A stretch of 64,000 nt of DNA from a virus (taxonomy: Duplodnaviria; Caudoviricetes): positions 1-64,000 of the IMG/VR virus record IMGVR_UViG_3300025838_000022. The stretch is one strand, 5' to 3'. The translations under genes were made by a program, and so were the position numbers. Each line of letters starts with the position of its first letter. The stretch's first letter is position 1. Of the stretch, positions 17,395 through 27,969 are shown piece after piece. A model generated the notes under the pieces. The model was not told where the DNA came from, did not search any database, and saw nothing but the letters and a program-made list of their open reading frames with translations.

Positions 17395-20034
17395 ATGTAC
17401 AAATTTTCTTTTTTTAAAAAAACTGCTGCTCAAAGATATGTTGATTTAAGAACTCGTGAGCTCATTCAAGACGCAGATACAAATGCTGATAAGTATGACG
17501 AGCAACGTAAAAAACACAACGCAAAAGAAGAAGAATTAATTCAACCTTTTGCAGTGCACATGGGTGACCCAATGAGCCATTTGAACACAGAAGCTGGGCA
17601 CCGACCAAGCAAGTGGGCTGTTATTCACCCCGACACATTCACAGCTCAGGGTCACAGCCTTGGTCAAGCACAAGAGATGGTTCGTGCTATTCGTCTTCAT
17701 GTAATGGACCCACGTAATGGTTATGAAGAAGTTTCTAACACGAGCAAAGATGGCTCTAAAACGCCAGGTATCTCTCCAAGCCAATACGGAACTAACAAAG
17801 AAATTTCTAAGATTGCTCCAAATGGCATGGTTGGTTACCGTTTAAAGGACGACGAGCGTGCCGGGAATAAATTTAATGGTCCGCACATTAAATCGTTTAA
17901 TAGTGATACGGGGATTACAGATGATGACCACCTAGGTCCTCTTCGTAGATTCCACCAGATCATTGATCACGCAAACATGCGCAACGATTTGCGAAAGCGT
18001 GTGAATAACATGCCAAAACTAAACGCACCTGACTTTGACCCAACACACCCTTTGAACCTTATTGCAAACTATGGTGGTGACGTTGCCATTCAAAAGATTT
18101 TTACTGACGATGTTGCCCACCCACCAATGAAGCCAGGAGAAAATCTTTGCGCGGCATGCCACCTCCCTGCTGATAAACACGTTGATAAGCAGTCTGCTAT
18201 TGATCACTTTACTAAAACCGGTGAGCACCTTGAAGGTCATCACGAGTTCAGATCATCCCTTGACTCAGTGGAAGATAGAGCACAAAGTTCATCTTTGCGC
18301 GCTGCATTACTCCCAATCGTAGATGAAGATGGTAACTTAAAATTTAAGACTCAAGACCTGGGCGGAAGAGTTCCTGTTTTCCAAATTGGTTCTAACCCAA
18401 TTAGGCTTGCTCGTTACAAGATTGGCCCTATAAAAGGTGAGAAATACGAAGAAAAAACTGAACCAACAGAGGTTACCAAGAGAAGAGTTTGCCCTGATTG
18501 TTACAAGGGTAAAATAAACGCATTACAAAGAGAAAACAATATTCCATGCAATGATTGCGCAAAAGGTAAAATTAATTACAAGGCTTTCAAGGCAGAAAAC
18601 GGTAACATTGTTGTAAAACCACACACAATTGGTACGGGTGGTTCTCTTTTGTATCTTGATGTTAATGATGCTGACCCTTGCCCATCTTGTAAAGGTACTA
18701 AGCAAAAAACTCACACTGATTCAACCGGTGCAAGAGCTATTGGACCATGTACAGCTTGTTATGACGATACAACCGGTGAAACTACGGGTAAAAACCTTAA
18801 TCAAGTTGTTGGCCATAACTTTAAAAATGCTGGTATGGTTTGCAGCAACCACGGTGCTGTTCTTGACCCAACAATCCGTATTACGCCAGATAATCGTTGT
18901 CCAAAATGCTTGGATGATCCAGGTTTTATCACTACCAAAAAAACTGTTGGTAGATCATCAAGAGAACCATTTTTTCATATTAAGGTAAAAGAATTTGATG
19001 GCAACCCAATGACACTTTCCAGGTATATGGTTACTGGATTCAAAGATATTGAAATTATAAAAGGGAAACTTTATTCCACCATAAAGATTGAACCAAATGG
19101 TCCTGACGGTTACAAACCAGCTGACCCCACTTGCCCACGTTGTTCTGAATGGGCTAAGAAAACTGGTAAAGACCAGAACGACTATCGCACGGTAGATAAC
19201 AGAACATGCCCTTGCACGTATGGTTGGTATGACCAAAAGGATCACATTATTGCGCCAACAGGTTCTAAATGGATTCACCCTGATCATATCACTGTTCCAG
19301 CCTCTATGTACCAGATGGCAATGCACAAAGCTTATAAAGACGATCCAAGCTCTAACCCACACAGTTTAACTCCTGTTGGTGCAATTAATTCTACGCCACC
19401 TAAGAGCATAAGCAAACTTCCTGAGTGGGCACGTTCAATAATGGGTGAAAAGTGGGGATGGCCCAATGGTGAACTTATCGCTGACAAAAATGTTCTTGGG
19501 TTTGTTAGAAATGGCGTAAGCGTTTCCCAAAAAGACCTTGAATCCTTAAACAAACAAGCAGCTGTTATTAGAAAGAGCCCTAATTATTCATACAATGGCG
19601 CCAGTAGAGAGCTGAAACTTGTCAAAGACTTTCTTGACACTAAAGGGTTCAAAGCTCTCCCAATCAACACGCCATTGTCAACTAAGAAGAGTGAAAATCT
19701 TACTGACAACTCAAGAGTTGATCTTAATAATTTTCACCCAAAGATTCAAAGCAGAATTCAACGTGTTGAAAAAGTGCTTGATAAAACTGGTTTGCAAGGT
19801 GAAGCCCGTGATAAGGTTAACGAATCTTTGAACAAGCTTTACTCAGAATCTTCTGGCATCCAAGAAGACAGAGAAAGAACCAATAGCGACGATAGTAGCC
19901 ACTGGGAGCCTTTTGAATCTGCTCGCGATGAGTTGCTAAAGACAATTGGTAAGCACGTCGATAACGACGAAGAAATCAGAAAAGAAATCGACAGATTCCC
20001 CAGCCGACAACTGCCTAGAATGCAAGAGGTTTAG
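17395..20034 (+). CDS. Large protein with DnaJ-like CxxCxG zinc-finger repeats
   Basis: 879-aa ORF; CPDCYKG, CNDCAKG, CPSCKGT, CTAC, CPKC, CPRC; FSFFKKTA leader. Confidence 0.8.
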   Translation: MYKFSFFKKTAAQRYVDLRTRELIQDADTNADKYDEQRKKHNAKEEELIQPFAVHMGDPMSHLNTEAGHRPSKWAVIHPDTFTAQGHSLGQAQEMVRAIRLHVMDPRNGYEEVSNTSKDGSKTPGISPSQYGTNKEISKIAPNGMVGYRLKDDERAGNKFNGPHIKSFNSDTGITDDDHLGPLRRFHQIIDHANMRNDLRKRVNNMPKLNAPDFDPTHPLNLIANYGGDVAIQKIFTDDVAHPPMKPGENLCAACHLPADKHVDKQSAIDHFTKTGEHLEGHHEFRSSLDSVEDRAQSSSLRAALLPIVDEDGNLKFKTQDLGGRVPVFQIGSNPIRLARYKIGPIKGEKYEEKTEPTEVTKRRVCPDCYKGKINALQRENNIPCNDCAKGKINYKAFKAENGNIVVKPHTIGTGGSLLYLDVNDADPCPSCKGTKQKTHTDSTGARAIGPCTACYDDTTGETTGKNLNQVVGHNFKNAGMVCSNHGAVLDPTIRITPDNRCPKCLDDPGFITTKKTVGRSSREPFFHIKVKEFDGNPMTLSRYMVTGFKDIEIIKGKLYSTIKIEPNGPDGYKPADPTCPRCSEWAKKTGKDQNDYRTVDNRTCPCTYGWYDQKDHIIAPTGSKWIHPDHITVPASMYQMAMHKAYKDDPSSNPHSLTPVGAINSTPPKSISKLPEWARSIMGEKWGWPNGELIADKNVLGFVRNGVSVSQKDLESLNKQAAVIRKSPNYSYNGASRELKLVKDFLDTKGFKALPINTPLSTKKSENLTDNSRVDLNNFHPKIQSRIQRVEKVLDKTGLQGEARDKVNESLNKLYSESSGIQEDRERTNSDDSSHWEPFESARDELLKTIGKHVDNDEEIRKEIDRFPSRQLPRMQEV

Positions 20035-20042
20035 GAAAAAAT

Positions 20043-22382
20043 ATGACTGACAAAAAACAGTTTAACTCTAAGTACGCCATTGATCTTAGTGGCCTAGAAG
20101 GTCTTGAAGATTATAACATTCGTGTAGACCCGGCAGTTGAGAACTACTTTGAAGGTGACGAATCAGACAACCAGGATCGAGACACTGGCCACACAACGTA
20201 CTACATTAAAAAGCCAGATAGAGAACCAAATCCTGGTGAGACTATCGCAAGCCCAGAAGACAACGCTGCTTATTGGCATGAAAAAGCACAAAAAGTACGT
20301 AGCGAAGTTGCTTCAGGTAAAGGAAAGCCAGGGTTCCCGCACGAAGCATACATGCGTGAGCACGAAAACAACAAAAAAAAGATTGCTGCTACTTATGCCT
20401 CTGTAGATTACATGCTTCGTCACTCGGAAGCGTATCGTTGCCCAGACCCTATTTACAATGACAAAGGCGTTAAAATTCGTGGTGGTTGTGGCGGTAGAAA
20501 AAATGGTGGCAACCCTAGCGTTGGTTATGAAACTCAAAAACTTGCTACCCAAAAGTTTTGTCAATTGTGTCTTAACCAAGGCCACATTCTTACAAGATGG
20601 TCACCAACTGATAATCCCAAACTGAGAATTAAAGACGAAAAAACCAATTCATTCCGTGATGTTAAGGCTGGCGATAGAATTTTTTCGCCAACAAAAAGCA
20701 ATGTTTATTCAGCAACTGGTAAAAATCAGCCTCTTGATACAAGTGTCATGGATATCACTGGTAGAGCTAGACAAATTAACTCTGCCATCAATTTTCACGA
20801 TACTTGGTGTTCAAGCAAAAATTGCCATGTAGATTGTGCTTTTAAACCACAAATTGATCAAATTCGTAGACGCGTTGGCATTAATAATGTAAAGAAAAAA
20901 GATACACACAATCGTTCAAAGAGTAGCCCTTTTGTTCAGGACCTTCTTCGACCAATAGCTGTTCGCGACCGTTACCAAGAACCTGCTAAGGCTCTTATCA
21001 TGGCCGCTGGTCACGAAGACGACCCGATTCGTAAACATGACATGGTTCACTTCTTGAACTGGAACACGGTTGACCCAGACTATTCATTAGATAAGCCGGA
21101 CGAAGGTTTTCACCAATTCGTAGACACTTATACAAGAAAAGAATTTGATCACCAAACTGGTGAAACAAGAGAAGTCTCAGACTGGTCAGCTCCTTCAGCT
21201 AGCCCATCATCCTTAAGCCCTGGTGTAAAACCAACACCTAGTGTTATCGAACAGGATACCTGTGCGAAGTGTGGTATGGGCAAAAGCAATATTAACCACA
21301 TTGCCAAGCAGCGCATGTACACGAAAGAAGACCGTGAACGTATTGAAAACATGTTCCAAGGTCGTTCTACTCGTGACAAAGCAGTGGCTGGCGTTGTCCT
21401 TAATGCCGGTGAACACACTGCTGACGTTGCTGTTTACTATCGTCCAATGGAAGCAATCCGTGGTGAACGTAGTGGTGAGCTTGGGCGTAAGGTTCAAGAT
21501 CGACCAGATAAGCAGATCCAGGTTGAAAAAGCTATCAATGGTGTTCCAACAATTGATGGTTTTTCTAATCCTGATCAAGATTCAAGATTCAACACAAGAC
21601 CGCAAGCATATAAAGATGTTATTACGCACATTAAAAATGCGCACAAGTCTATTAGCCACCTCATTGGAGAAAAATCTCCTTTGAACGATGTTGGTTACTG
21701 GCAAGTACACACCTCTGTACCAAAGACTGCATTGGCAAGACTTTCTCCAGCTAATGCTCCAATGGTTGGTTATGCTGGTGTTGTCACTTCAACATTGCCA
21801 GCAACCAACATTACTGGTAGTTACCCTGGTGGGAAAAAAATCAATCCTAACAAAAAAGTTAAGATGGATGTTGTTTATAGAAACGGCATTGGTCTTAGCC
21901 AAAATGAGATCAAAAAGAGCGTACAAGCAAGTGACTCTCCAACCAGAGAAAGAATGAATCAATGGGCTAGAGAGCTTGCCAACGATCTTCAATTGGGTGT
22001 AAGAGAGAATGGAACGGTTGATTATAACCACAGAGAAAGCCTTGTTGTGCCAATCGGTGGTAATGAACTTAAGCCACACGGTTTGGAAAAGCGTAGAAAA
22101 GTTACGCCTGGCGAAAAGAATTTTAATAGCAGTACTCCAGATCTTGACGATAAACCATTTGACTCCATCCCTTATGACATTACCCCAGACTCGGAAAAGC
22201 AACTCTCTCCAGAACAAGAGAATTCAACAATGAATGTCGTTAAAGATACTTACAAACAAGTTACAGGAAAAGATCTTTTCCCTGAACAATACGAGAGAGC
22301 CAAGAAAGCTATTCGAGAAAATAACAATATTGATGCTGGTCTTGAAGAGCTTGGCATTGGTGAAGAAGAAGACGGAGAATAA
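20043..22382 (+). CDS. Large hypothetical protein with Cys motifs
   Basis: 779-aa ORF; FNSKYA leader. Confidence 0.8.
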   Translation: MTDKKQFNSKYAIDLSGLEGLEDYNIRVDPAVENYFEGDESDNQDRDTGHTTYYIKKPDREPNPGETIASPEDNAAYWHEKAQKVRSEVASGKGKPGFPHEAYMREHENNKKKIAATYASVDYMLRHSEAYRCPDPIYNDKGVKIRGGCGGRKNGGNPSVGYETQKLATQKFCQLCLNQGHILTRWSPTDNPKLRIKDEKTNSFRDVKAGDRIFSPTKSNVYSATGKNQPLDTSVMDITGRARQINSAINFHDTWCSSKNCHVDCAFKPQIDQIRRRVGINNVKKKDTHNRSKSSPFVQDLLRPIAVRDRYQEPAKALIMAAGHEDDPIRKHDMVHFLNWNTVDPDYSLDKPDEGFHQFVDTYTRKEFDHQTGETREVSDWSAPSASPSSLSPGVKPTPSVIEQDTCAKCGMGKSNINHIAKQRMYTKEDRERIENMFQGRSTRDKAVAGVVLNAGEHTADVAVYYRPMEAIRGERSGELGRKVQDRPDKQIQVEKAINGVPTIDGFSNPDQDSRFNTRPQAYKDVITHIKNAHKSISHLIGEKSPLNDVGYWQVHTSVPKTALARLSPANAPMVGYAGVVTSTLPATNITGSYPGGKKINPNKKVKMDVVYRNGIGLSQNEIKKSVQASDSPTRERMNQWARELANDLQLGVRENGTVDYNHRESLVVPIGGNELKPHGLEKRRKVTPGEKNFNSSTPDLDDKPFDSIPYDITPDSEKQLSPEQENSTMNVVKDTYKQVTGKDLFPEQYERAKKAIRENNNIDAGLEELGIGEEEDGE

Positions 22383-22383
22383 T

Positions 22384-22797
22384 ATGGCAATTAAAAGAAG
22401 CTATGTAGAACCTAAAGATGCCCCTGAGGGAGTGCCTTGCCGTTTTTGTGATATGCCCGCTGGCGCACAGGGTTTGGGTAGGGTCCTGTCAGATGGTGTA
22501 GCAGTTGATGGTGAACGCCCATTGTTTTCGCACGCATATTGCTTGATGAACTCAGGCGGTGTTAAGCAAGACAACCAGGATTTTTCTTTGCAAAGCCTTA
22601 ACCCAAACAATAGACAGGCTTCAAAAGAAGAAAACGTTTGGGAATTTGCTTCAAAAATGCGTTATTTTGCTCACACAGATATGAATAATGTCACTGAAAC
22701 AAGCAAAAAACCAGTTGTTAAACCAATGACAAATATGAACGCCAAAGAAGAATACTCTGATGAAGAGACTGGCGCGTCACAACCACCCAGCAAATAG
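22384..22797 (+). CDS. Hypothetical protein (CRFC...HAYC zinc motif)
   Basis: Start moved to ATG 22384 after GGAG. Confidence 0.7.
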   Translation: MAIKRSYVEPKDAPEGVPCRFCDMPAGAQGLGRVLSDGVAVDGERPLFSHAYCLMNSGGVKQDNQDFSLQSLNPNNRQASKEENVWEFASKMRYFAHTDMNNVTETSKKPVVKPMTNMNAKEEYSDEETGASQPPSK

Positions 22798-22856
22798 ACA
22801 ATGTAATTAAAGTCGATATGTACCATAGTGTATGTATCCAAGTACAGGAGAAACCA

Positions 22857-23420
22857 ATGGAACCACGTTTGAACGTAAACGTAGCTGATCTGTTCACTAA
22901 GACAGCTGCTGAAATGGGCCAAGGCCCGGATGTTAACTTCCAAGACCCTAGCCAACAGTGGCTTGGCGACTTTGTTAACAATAAGAATGACTACCAGCGC
23001 AACCAACAGGCTTACGACGAGTACAAGTCTGGTGAAGCTGCACAGATTGACCGCGACAATGCAATCGGTATGCAGAACAATGGCATGTCAAACCCTGCTC
23101 AGGACCGTGCTTTGATGGTTATGGAGCCAGAAGTTGCTGGCACGCCAGACTTGGCATTGGCACCTGTTAAGGCTTCAAAGTTTGCCTCACAGTCGCAAGG
23201 CTTTAGACGCGACCAGGCTTACGAAGGCTTTACCATGGGTATTGTTGCCAACATCAACACCGGTACAATCGTCAACTCCCGTGTTGTTGCTGAGACACCT
23301 AGCACCAAGATCGCCGGTACGGTTATTGCCGTTGGTGACCGTGAATTCGCCGTTGTGTGGGATGACAAGACTGCCTCTGTTGAGCGCAAGGGCGACTACG
23401 AATTGGTGATTGCTCAATAA
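22857..23420 (+). CDS. Hypothetical, probably head-associated protein with small C-terminal beta domain
   Basis: AGGAG RBS before ATG 22857; strong-expression codon bias. Confidence 0.75.
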   Translation: MEPRLNVNVADLFTKTAAEMGQGPDVNFQDPSQQWLGDFVNNKNDYQRNQQAYDEYKSGEAAQIDRDNAIGMQNNGMSNPAQDRALMVMEPEVAGTPDLALAPVKASKFASQSQGFRRDQAYEGFTMGIVANINTGTIVNSRVVAETPSTKIAGTVIAVGDREFAVVWDDKTASVERKGDYELVIAQ

Positions 23421-23423
23421 CTC

Positions 23424-24038
23424 ATGTTCAGATCTAGAAAAACTAAGATCGTCTCTACTCCGGTAGAGGAGGTCCTTGAGGTTGTAGATCCCGTTGTCGA
23501 AGAGTTCATTCCAGAACCGCAGACGGTATCTAACATAGAATTTTTAGCAGTTGACAAAACTGACGGTGAAATTGGACGAGGAACTTTGACTGATTACGAC
23601 GGTAACGTTTATAACTACCAGTGGGATACAAAGTCAAAGCGAATTATGCGACTCACTGGAGATACTGTCAACAAGTTAACGTGGGATCTTTGTAACGAAG
23701 TTTTGCGCAAGTATTATGTGAAGCCTGAGCCACAAAAGGTTGAAGAGCCAATTGGGCCACAGGTCGAGCGTGCAATAAGTAGCGCACTTAACCAAGTTAC
23801 ATCGTCTTTTAAAACTCTTGAAGGAAAAGTAGACAAGGCACTGACTGTAAGGGTTGCTCCGGCACCTACTCCTGTACAAACTCAGCCAGCGCCAAGGCCA
23901 CAGACAGTCCAATCAGTACCAACAACAGACTTACCGGCAATGGGCGGAGTAGCTGATGGTGATATCAGCGCAAACGCTATGAGATTCTTACAAGAATCTA
24001 ATACGCCGGATCTAGGCATAGATTATATGAGCCTCTAG
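23424..24038 (+). CDS. Hypothetical protein
   Basis: 204-aa ORF. Confidence 0.75.
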   Translation: MFRSRKTKIVSTPVEEVLEVVDPVVEEFIPEPQTVSNIEFLAVDKTDGEIGRGTLTDYDGNVYNYQWDTKSKRIMRLTGDTVNKLTWDLCNEVLRKYYVKPEPQKVEEPIGPQVERAISSALNQVTSSFKTLEGKVDKALTVRVAPAPTPVQTQPAPRPQTVQSVPTTDLPAMGGVADGDISANAMRFLQESNTPDLGIDYMSL

Positions 24039-24046
24039 GAGAGAGC

Positions 24047-24805
24047 ATGAACATCGCAGAAGGTAAAGGCCCAAAGCAGACAAAGAAAACATGGCCATTG
24101 GGTCAATTCGTTACCAATTATGGTAATGATGGGACACCTGGTGCGGTATACCCTCCTGCTGTGGCTTATGGCCAGCAAATTAATACTACTAGTGGTGTTG
24201 GCTACATGACCACAAGTGGTAATATTGGCTATGCACAGCCCGGCTCAATGAACCCTGGTCTTAACCTGAACGTCAATGGTAACGGTGCCGTTGACGTTAG
24301 CTTTATCTGTGCTCCTGACAACAATGTTACTTTGCAAGATGTTCAATCTCTTACTGCTGTGCTTAACGCAGAGACTGGTTGGACCGGTACAGCCGCAGTG
24401 GCTATTCAGGGAACATTTGACCGTTTTACTCCAAATGCCTACTACACTTCAAACGCTACCTTATACAATTCCACAAACTGGACTACAATTGTAACTGGTT
24501 CTGTTACCGCTGCTAGCGTACCGGTGCTCCTTAAGGTCCCTGTGGCAAGTGGTATTTCTTACAACGCTTACAGAATTGTTGCTTCGGGCGGTACAGGTAT
24601 CATTGACTGGACATTGCCTGGAATGTTCCTTGATCTTAGTGCCATGCAAATTGGTCAAGAATCTACTTGGGTTAATGGCGGTATTGGCCAGCCAAACGTT
24701 AATGATGTTGACATTATTACAATTTCTGGTGGATCAGTTACCGCTTACAGTGAAGGAAACATTCCTTACTCAAGTGTAGACAATAACCACAACTACTTCG
24801 GCTAA
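24047..24805 (+). CDS. Putative beta-rich virion surface protein
   Basis: 252-aa ORF, Ser/Thr/Asn/Gly-rich with repeated xxSG, AGGAG RBS. Confidence 0.7.
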   Translation: MNIAEGKGPKQTKKTWPLGQFVTNYGNDGTPGAVYPPAVAYGQQINTTSGVGYMTTSGNIGYAQPGSMNPGLNLNVNGNGAVDVSFICAPDNNVTLQDVQSLTAVLNAETGWTGTAAVAIQGTFDRFTPNAYYTSNATLYNSTNWTTIVTGSVTAASVPVLLKVPVASGISYNAYRIVASGGTGIIDWTLPGMFLDLSAMQIGQESTWVNGGIGQPNVNDVDIITISGGSVTAYSEGNIPYSSVDNNHNYFG

Positions 24806-24814
24806 GGAGAAACC

Positions 24815-25000
24815 ATGGAAAGACAACAAAACATTAGACAAGCAGCTATTAGACGTGTTGGCGCTAATTTTGATTTCAATGGCAATCCTATTGCACAAAA
24901 TACATCTGGTGGTATTATTAGAGCTACAAGAAGTGCAAACTATCCTTGCGGCCACCAAGCAATCCCAGGCGTTGAATCCTGCAGCTGCATGGCATTCTAG
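24815..25000 (+). CDS. Small zinc-binding protein
   Basis: 61 aa, AAGGAG RBS, CGH...CSC. Confidence 0.7.
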   Translation: MERQQNIRQAAIRRVGANFDFNGNPIAQNTSGGIIRATRSANYPCGHQAIPGVESCSCMAF

Positions 25001-25011
25001 AAAGATAACCA

Positions 25012-27354
25012 ATGGCTACAAACGACTGGAGTGCTTCTGCGGAGTTTAGCCGCATGAGAACAGCCGGTATTACTCTTCCTAAAAACCCTATTGCTGGACG
25101 TGTTGCTGCACGTGACATGCTTAATAGAGCTAAGACCAGTGGATCAATGCTTAATGACATTGGCCCTATGGCTATGGCTATGGGCGGGCCACCTGAGGGT
25201 AGACAACGTCTAAACGGACTCGGCAAAGACTTTATGGCTGAGAATGGCATGGCACGCACTGCCAATCGTAAAACTGGTGCTGCTACTGGTTCAGATGCTC
25301 AATGGGCTTGGCCTAAGCTCCACGACCCATTTGAATACTGGCGTGAGCGCACCTGGTGGTTCAACATGGAGGACCCAGATGAGCAAACACGTAAAATTCG
25401 TGACTGGGCTCGTCTTCTTTATACTACTCACCACCTTGTGCCTTCTCTTATTGACATCTACACTCGTTTCCCTCTCCTTGACGTAGAGCTAGTCCACCCA
25501 GACAAGCGCATCTCGGATTTCTATAACGAGTTGTTCTTTGATGGTCTTAACTACAACGAATTCCTGTTTGACCTTGGCCGTGAACACTGGACCGTTGGTG
25601 AAGTGTTCGCCATGGGTTCTTGGCACGATGGTATTGGTGCATGGGAAGAAGACGAGATCATCAACCCTAACGACGTTATTGTCGCTAAGAACCGTGCTCT
25701 AAGAACATACCAGTTCCACGTAAAGGTCCCTGAAGAGATCAAGCGTCTTATAGAACGGCGTGATCCTCCACAGGAATACGCAATGCTTATGCAGATGTAC
25801 CCAGACGTTGTTGCCTGGGCACGCCAAGACAAAGAGATCCCCGTCTCCGATGTCATCATGAAGCAGATTAAGTTTAAGACCAACCCTTGGAGCGAACATG
25901 GAACTCCTATTCTTCTTCGTGCTTTCCGCATGCTTATGCTTGAAGAATCTCTCAATGCCGCTCAGGACGCTATTGCTGACCGTCTATATTCTCCCCTTAT
26001 TCTGGCTACTTTGGGTCTGCCTGACGTAGACCAGGATGGCCCATGGGTTCCTGACGCTATGGAGCTGCAGTCATTGCGTGACGACTTGTCTATGGCTATT
26101 AACTCAGACTTCCGTCTGATGACATACCACCACGGTTTGCAGATCCAAAACGCATTTGGTCGTGAATCAATGCCACGTCTTGACCAAGACTTCATGCGTG
26201 TACAGACAAACGTTATGGGTGTATTCGGTATTGGTGCTGACCTTATCCAGGGTGGTGCCAATGGTACGTATGCTTCCGGTGCTCTTAACCGTGAGCTCAT
26301 TACACAGATGCTTAGCACTTATCAGCACAAGATCGAGAAGTTTATCCGTTCTCGCATGGAACCAGTAGCAGAAAGACAGGGTCACTATGAGATGCGTAAC
26401 GTGGGTGGCAAAATGGTTCCTGTTATGGAAACTGTTCTCATGGTTGATGAAGAGACTGGTGCTGAATATGTTGAAGAACGACCCAAGCTGGCCATTCCAG
26501 AAGTAAGGTTCCGTTCTATGAACCTGAGAGACGAGACGGTTGAACGTGGGTTCCTCCAACAGCTCAGTGCCTCAGGTTTCCCAATTTCTCTCAGCACGCT
26601 TGCTGTGAACATCCCAATTGACTTTGACGATGAGATCGAAAGCCGTAAAGAAGAGAAAATTAAGACAGTTGTTGCTGAACAGCAATTCAAGAAAGAACTG
26701 TTCAACCGTTTGTTTACTCTACAACTGCCTATCCCGCCAGAATATGTACAGGAATACCAGGCCTACCTAGCAATGATGGAAAATCCTGCCATCGCTGCAC
26801 AACTTGCACCAGGAGCTATGGCGGGTCTCGTTACTCCTCCAAGTGCTCCAAACATGACTGGAAACACTGCTGGCAATAGCGATGCCGCTGCTGGTGCACA
26901 GGTTTACCCAAGCGTTAACGAAATGGCTGCACAGCAACAACGTCAACGCCCTGAGATTTCTTACGAACAACGCAAGGATCAACCTAAGCCTTCTAAGAAG
27001 GGTCCTAAGAATGGCCCTAAGAAGAAGACAGCTTCTGTTTCTGGTTGGGATGAAGACGATTTCGATGACTTTAGCGGTCGCGTTGAATACGGTGATCGAA
27101 TGAAGTTTGCCGTACCTTTTGAACAAAAGAAGCGTAAGCGCATGAAGCTTGCTTCTGGTATGAAGATCATCGTCGATGATTCATACGAGAAATTCAATGA
27201 AGATGATTTTAAAAAGCATCTAGCATCAATCATTGAAGCAAGCGATGAGCCAATGATTCAAGAACCTACATCGCTTGATGAGCACAGCAGTGGTGAGGGC
27301 GGCATGGATCAGCCTGCAAGAAAACAAATTGACCCTACAAAAGAAGATTTATAA
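25012..27354 (+). CDS. Portal protein with long C-terminal extension
   Basis: 780 aa; GTPILLRAF...PLILATLG portal-like segments; upstream of protease, scaffold and capsid. Confidence 0.8.
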   Translation: MATNDWSASAEFSRMRTAGITLPKNPIAGRVAARDMLNRAKTSGSMLNDIGPMAMAMGGPPEGRQRLNGLGKDFMAENGMARTANRKTGAATGSDAQWAWPKLHDPFEYWRERTWWFNMEDPDEQTRKIRDWARLLYTTHHLVPSLIDIYTRFPLLDVELVHPDKRISDFYNELFFDGLNYNEFLFDLGREHWTVGEVFAMGSWHDGIGAWEEDEIINPNDVIVAKNRALRTYQFHVKVPEEIKRLIERRDPPQEYAMLMQMYPDVVAWARQDKEIPVSDVIMKQIKFKTNPWSEHGTPILLRAFRMLMLEESLNAAQDAIADRLYSPLILATLGLPDVDQDGPWVPDAMELQSLRDDLSMAINSDFRLMTYHHGLQIQNAFGRESMPRLDQDFMRVQTNVMGVFGIGADLIQGGANGTYASGALNRELITQMLSTYQHKIEKFIRSRMEPVAERQGHYEMRNVGGKMVPVMETVLMVDEETGAEYVEERPKLAIPEVRFRSMNLRDETVERGFLQQLSASGFPISLSTLAVNIPIDFDDEIESRKEEKIKTVVAEQQFKKELFNRLFTLQLPIPPEYVQEYQAYLAMMENPAIAAQLAPGAMAGLVTPPSAPNMTGNTAGNSDAAAGAQVYPSVNEMAAQQQRQRPEISYEQRKDQPKPSKKGPKNGPKKKTASVSGWDEDDFDDFSGRVEYGDRMKFAVPFEQKKRKRMKLASGMKIIVDDSYEKFNEDDFKKHLASIIEASDEPMIQEPTSLDEHSSGEGGMDQPARKQIDPTKEDL

Positions 27355-27406
27355 ATAACTATTAAATGCACTAATTAATAGACACACTAATTTCCTTGGA
27401 GTTTTT

Positions 27407-27595
27407 ATGAGCACTCTGTTTAATAACGAGACGCCTCGCATGCTGCCAAAAACTGCCTTTAACCGGGTTAGTTTTCTTGACGTAGTTAGCCCGCTTGTCA
27501 AGATGGACATTATCAAAGAAGGTGAAGGGCGGATCTGTCGCAATGCTCACAAGTTGAACCTTGCTAACAGCATCTACGAAAAATTGGAGGACTAA
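27407..27595 (+). CDS. Small hypothetical protein
   Basis: 62 aa, GGAG RBS, KTA motif. Confidence 0.6.
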   Translation: MSTLFNNETPRMLPKTAFNRVSFLDVVSPLVKMDIIKEGEGRICRNAHKLNLANSIYEKLED

Positions 27596-27969
27596 TGCTT
27601 GCCACGTTCTTCAATTCATCTAACACATGGTTTAGTTATATTTCTAACTTCTTTTTTGCTGCTGCTGGTTTTGGTACCGTAGCACGTTTTATTTACAAGC
27701 TTATTGTTCGCCACAGCGACCACAAGATGGATGAGCTTGAAGCAAAGATTATCGAGACAAAGATTGATCAAGACGACAAATTCGAGCGTCTTTTTAGTCA
27801 GTTTAAGACTAATGGTGGATCAAGCCCCAAAGACCAGTGGAATCGCCTAGAGACAAAGGTTGACCACTTGATGAAACTTGAAAATCATGTGGATAAGCTT
27901 ACGCAATCTCTTGATCGCCACCTTGGTTATCACGAAGGACTTAGAGCAGCGCACGAAGACGAGGAATAA
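27595..27969 (+). CDS. Membrane protein (N-terminal TM + coiled coil; possible lysis accessory)
   Basis: Hydrophobic N-terminus, charged helical C-terminus. Confidence 0.6.
   Translation: MLATFFNSSNTWFSYISNFFFAAAGFGTVARFIYKLIVRHSDHKMDELEAKIIETKIDQDDKFERLFSQFKTNGGSSPKDQWNRLETKVDHLMKLENHVDKLTQSLDRHLGYHEGLRAAHEDEE

Noticed and set aside
14700-25011. Terminase large subunit upstream of the portal
   Set aside because: No Walker A/B or RNase H-like nuclease motifs in these ORFs; the terminase presumably lies outside the window
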